Shown here: piece by piece, positions 61,438-64,000 of the stretch
Layout: every line of letters begins with the position of its first letter
Position numbering within the stretch: position 1 is the first letter of the stretch
NCBI GenBank assembly: GCA_964016885.1
Contig: OZ024756.1
Coordinates: 5,828,001-5,892,000 of the forward strand
From: Eledone cirrhosa
Taxonomy: Eukaryota
Direction of reading: 5' to 3'
Length of the DNA stretch: 64,000 bases
The notes under the pieces: generated by a model
What the model was told of the DNA's origin: nothing
The model's input: the letters and a program-made list of their open reading frames with translations, nothing else
The model's database searches: none
Translations under genes and position numbers: made by a program

Positions 61438-61692
61438 CTATTCACAGCTGAGCCTCCAGGCAAAAAAATTTTTTTGGGGTGTTAGTAGGCGTCAGTCATC
61501 TTACCATCCCATTCCTTCTAACTAGCCTCTATGTCACGTGATTGATTCTTTAGAATCGGCCATTTGACTGGAAGCAGTGAGAATTTCAGTACATAGAATC
61601 CAGTCCTCGCCTAGCTGTTCTTTCTACCGAATTATTATTTTTATATGAGCCGCCAGTGTCCGCGCATTGCCTGGAGGCTCAGCTGAGAATAG

Positions 61693-61774
61693 ACTCCCTG
61701 ATGACGCAATGAATTCTCGACAGTTGGATTATGTAACTGTCTTTATCCCATTGCAGAAACTAATTAGTTGGAGT
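61693..61774 (+). ncRNA. Type I HHR, family B
   Basis: Stem I ACTCC/GGAGT; CTGATGA 61698-704; stem II GCAATG/CATTGC with inner hairpin GACAGTT/AACTGTC; GAAA 61756-59; palindromic ACTAATTAGT; GUU triplet. Confidence 0.85.
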
Positions 61775-62246
61775 GAAAATTTAAGTAAGTAAGCAAAAAA
61801 ATTTTTTAAAAATTTTTTAAAAAATATTTTCTTATTTTACATCTTTTATATTATTGTTCTGCACCCTCCTGCATTGAACCACCTAGGTACTATGACATAA
61901 CCTGTGTATTTGCTGGCATGGACGTGCATCTGTGCGCCTATGTTAGTTGATATATTAAATTATCTATATTTATCTCCAAATCACTGATTTGTCGAGCAAA
62001 CCTGCCAAAACCACTTCAACATTTTTTGGGGGGTGTTAGTAGGCGTCAGTCATCTTACCATCCCATTCCTTCTAACTAGCCTCTATGTCACGTGATTGAT
62101 TCTTTAGAATCGGCCATTTGACTGGAAGCAGTGAGAATTTCAGTACATAGAATCCAGTCCTCGCCTAGCTGTTCTTTCTACCGAATTATTATTTTTATAT
62201 GAGCCGCCAGTGTCCGCGCATTGCCTGGAGGCTCAGCTGAGAATAG

Positions 62247-62328
62247 ACTCCCTGATGACGCAATGAATTCTCGACAGTTGGATTATGTAACTGTCTTTAT
62301 TCCATTGCAGAAACTAATTAGTTGGAGT
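62247..62328 (+). ncRNA. Type I HHR, family B
   Basis: Same motif as 61693-61774. Confidence 0.85.
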
Positions 62329-62800
62329 GAAAATTTAAGTAAGAAAGTAAAAAAATTTTTAAAAAATTTTTAAAAAAATATTTTCTTATTTTACGTCTTT
62401 TATATTATTGTTCTGCACCCTCCTGCATTGAACCACCTAGGTACTATGAGATAACCTGTGTATTTGCTGGCATGGACGTGCATCTGTGCGCCTATGTTAG
62501 TTGATATATTAAATTATCTATATTTATCTCCAAATCACTGATTTGTCGAGCAAACCTGCCAAAACCACTTCAAAATTTTTTTTGGGGTGTTAGTAGGCGT
62601 CAGTCATCTTACCATCCCATTCCTTCTAACTAGCCTCTATGTCACGTGATTGATTCTTTAGAATCGGCCATTTGACTGGAAGCAGTGAGAATTTCAGTAC
62701 ATAGAATCCAGTCCTCGCCTAGCTGTTCTTTCTACCGAATTATTATTTTTATATGAGCCGCCAGTGTCCGCGCATTGCCTGGAGGCTCAGCTGAGAATAG

Positions 62801-62882
62801 ACTCCCTGATGACGCAATGAATTCTCGACAGTTGGATTATGTAACTGTCTTTATCCCATTGCAGAAACTAATTAGTTGGAGT
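62801..62882 (+). ncRNA. Type I HHR, family B
   Basis: Same motif as 61693-61774. Confidence 0.85.
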
Positions 62883-63354
62883 GAAAATTTAAGTAAGTAA
62901 GCAAAAAATTTTTTTAAAAATTTTTTAAAAAATATTTTCTTATTTTACATCTTTTATATTATTGTTCTGCACCCTCCTGCATTGAACCACCTAGGTACTA
63001 TGACATAACCTGTGTATTTGCTGGCATGGACGTGCATCTGTGCGCCTATGTTAGTTGATATATTAAATTATCTATATTTATCTCCAAATCACTGATTTGT
63101 CGAGCAAACCTGCCAAAACCACTTCAAAATTTTTTTTGGGGTGTTAGTAGGCGTCAGTCATCTTACCATCCCATTCCTTCTAACTAGCCTCTATGTCACG
63201 TGATTGATTCTTTAGAATCGGCCATTTGACTGGAAGCAGTGAGAATTTCAGTACATAGAATCCAGTCCTCGCCTAGCTGTTCTTTCTACCGAATTATTAT
63301 TTTTATATGAGCCGCCAGTGTCCGCGCATTGCCTGGAGGCTCAGCTGAGAATAG

Positions 63355-63436
63355 ACTCCCTGATGACGCAATGAATTCTCGACAGTTGGATTATGTAACT
63401 GTCTTTATTCCATTGCAGAAACTAATTAGTTGGAGT
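63355..63436 (+). ncRNA. Type I HHR, family B
   Basis: Same motif as 61693-61774. Confidence 0.85.
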
Positions 63437-63908
63437 GAAAATTTAAGTAAGAAAGTAAAAAACTTTTTAAAAAATTTTAAAAAAAATATTTTCTTATTTT
63501 ACGTCTTTTATATTATTGTTCTGCACCCTCCTGCATTGAACCACCTAGGTACTATGAGATAACCTGTGTATTTGCTGGCATGGACGTGCATCTGTGCGCC
63601 TATGTTAGTTGATATATTAAATTATCTATATTTATCTCCAAATCACTGATTTGTCGAGCAAACCTGCCAAAACCACTTCAAAATTTTTTTTGGGGTGTTA
63701 GTAGGCGTCAGTCATCTTACCATCCCATTCCTTCTAACTAGCCTCTATGTCACGTGATTGATTCTTTAGAATCGGCCATTTGACTGGAAGCAGTGAGAAT
63801 TTCAGTACATAGAATCCAGTCCTCGCCTAGCTGTTCTTTCTACCGAATTATTATTTTTATATGAGCCGCCAGTGTCCGCGCATTGCCTGGAGGCTCAGCT
63901 GAGAATAG

Positions 63909-63989
63909 ACTCCCTGATACGCAATGAATTCTCGACAGTTGGATTATGTAACTGTCTTTATCCCATTGCAGAAACTAATTAGTTGGAGT
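63909..63989 (+). pseudogene. Family B HHR with a 1-nt core deletion (CTGAT-A)
   Basis: CCCTGATACGCAATG instead of CCCTGATGACGCAATG. This is either a real mutation or a consensus error. Confidence 0.65.
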
Positions 63990-64000
63990 GAAAATTTAAG

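Larger units (their letters stand above)
58985..64000. mobile_element. Family B: about 555-bp HHR-containing tandem repeat, about 4.4 units then at least 4.5 inverted units (junction about 61462); runs off the right edge
   Basis: Unit starts at 58991, 59547, 60106, 60660 and 61217. Right-arm period is 554. Copies are near-identical. Confidence 0.95.

Overview
Eukaryotic, essentially gene-free repetitive DNA, most likely from a coleoid cephalopod (inferred from the SINE family and microsatellite load). Positions 1-29.5 kb are a 21/23-bp satellite with nested higher-order repeats; it ends in register on the 3' terminus of a SINE that resembles its monomer. Next come a SINE cluster, a TA-flanked MITE, a near full-length Tx1/L1-type LINE inserted in a (TATC)n tract, and long (TG)n, (CT)n and (TA)n tracts. 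The most notable region is 42.6-64 kb, where I can fold about 18 type I hammerhead ribozyme (HHR) motifs by eye. Two related non-coding families (about 522-bp and 555-bp units, one HHR per unit, compensatory change in stem I) form tandem arrays that invert head-to-head. A third 657-bp HHR repeat, isolated HHRs, a Penelope-like GIY-YIG fragment and an RTE reverse transcriptase fragment lie among them. This looks like a retrozyme or non-autonomous Penelope pLTR system. Folding was done manually, and activity, expression and novelty are untested. No host protein-coding gene can be supported.
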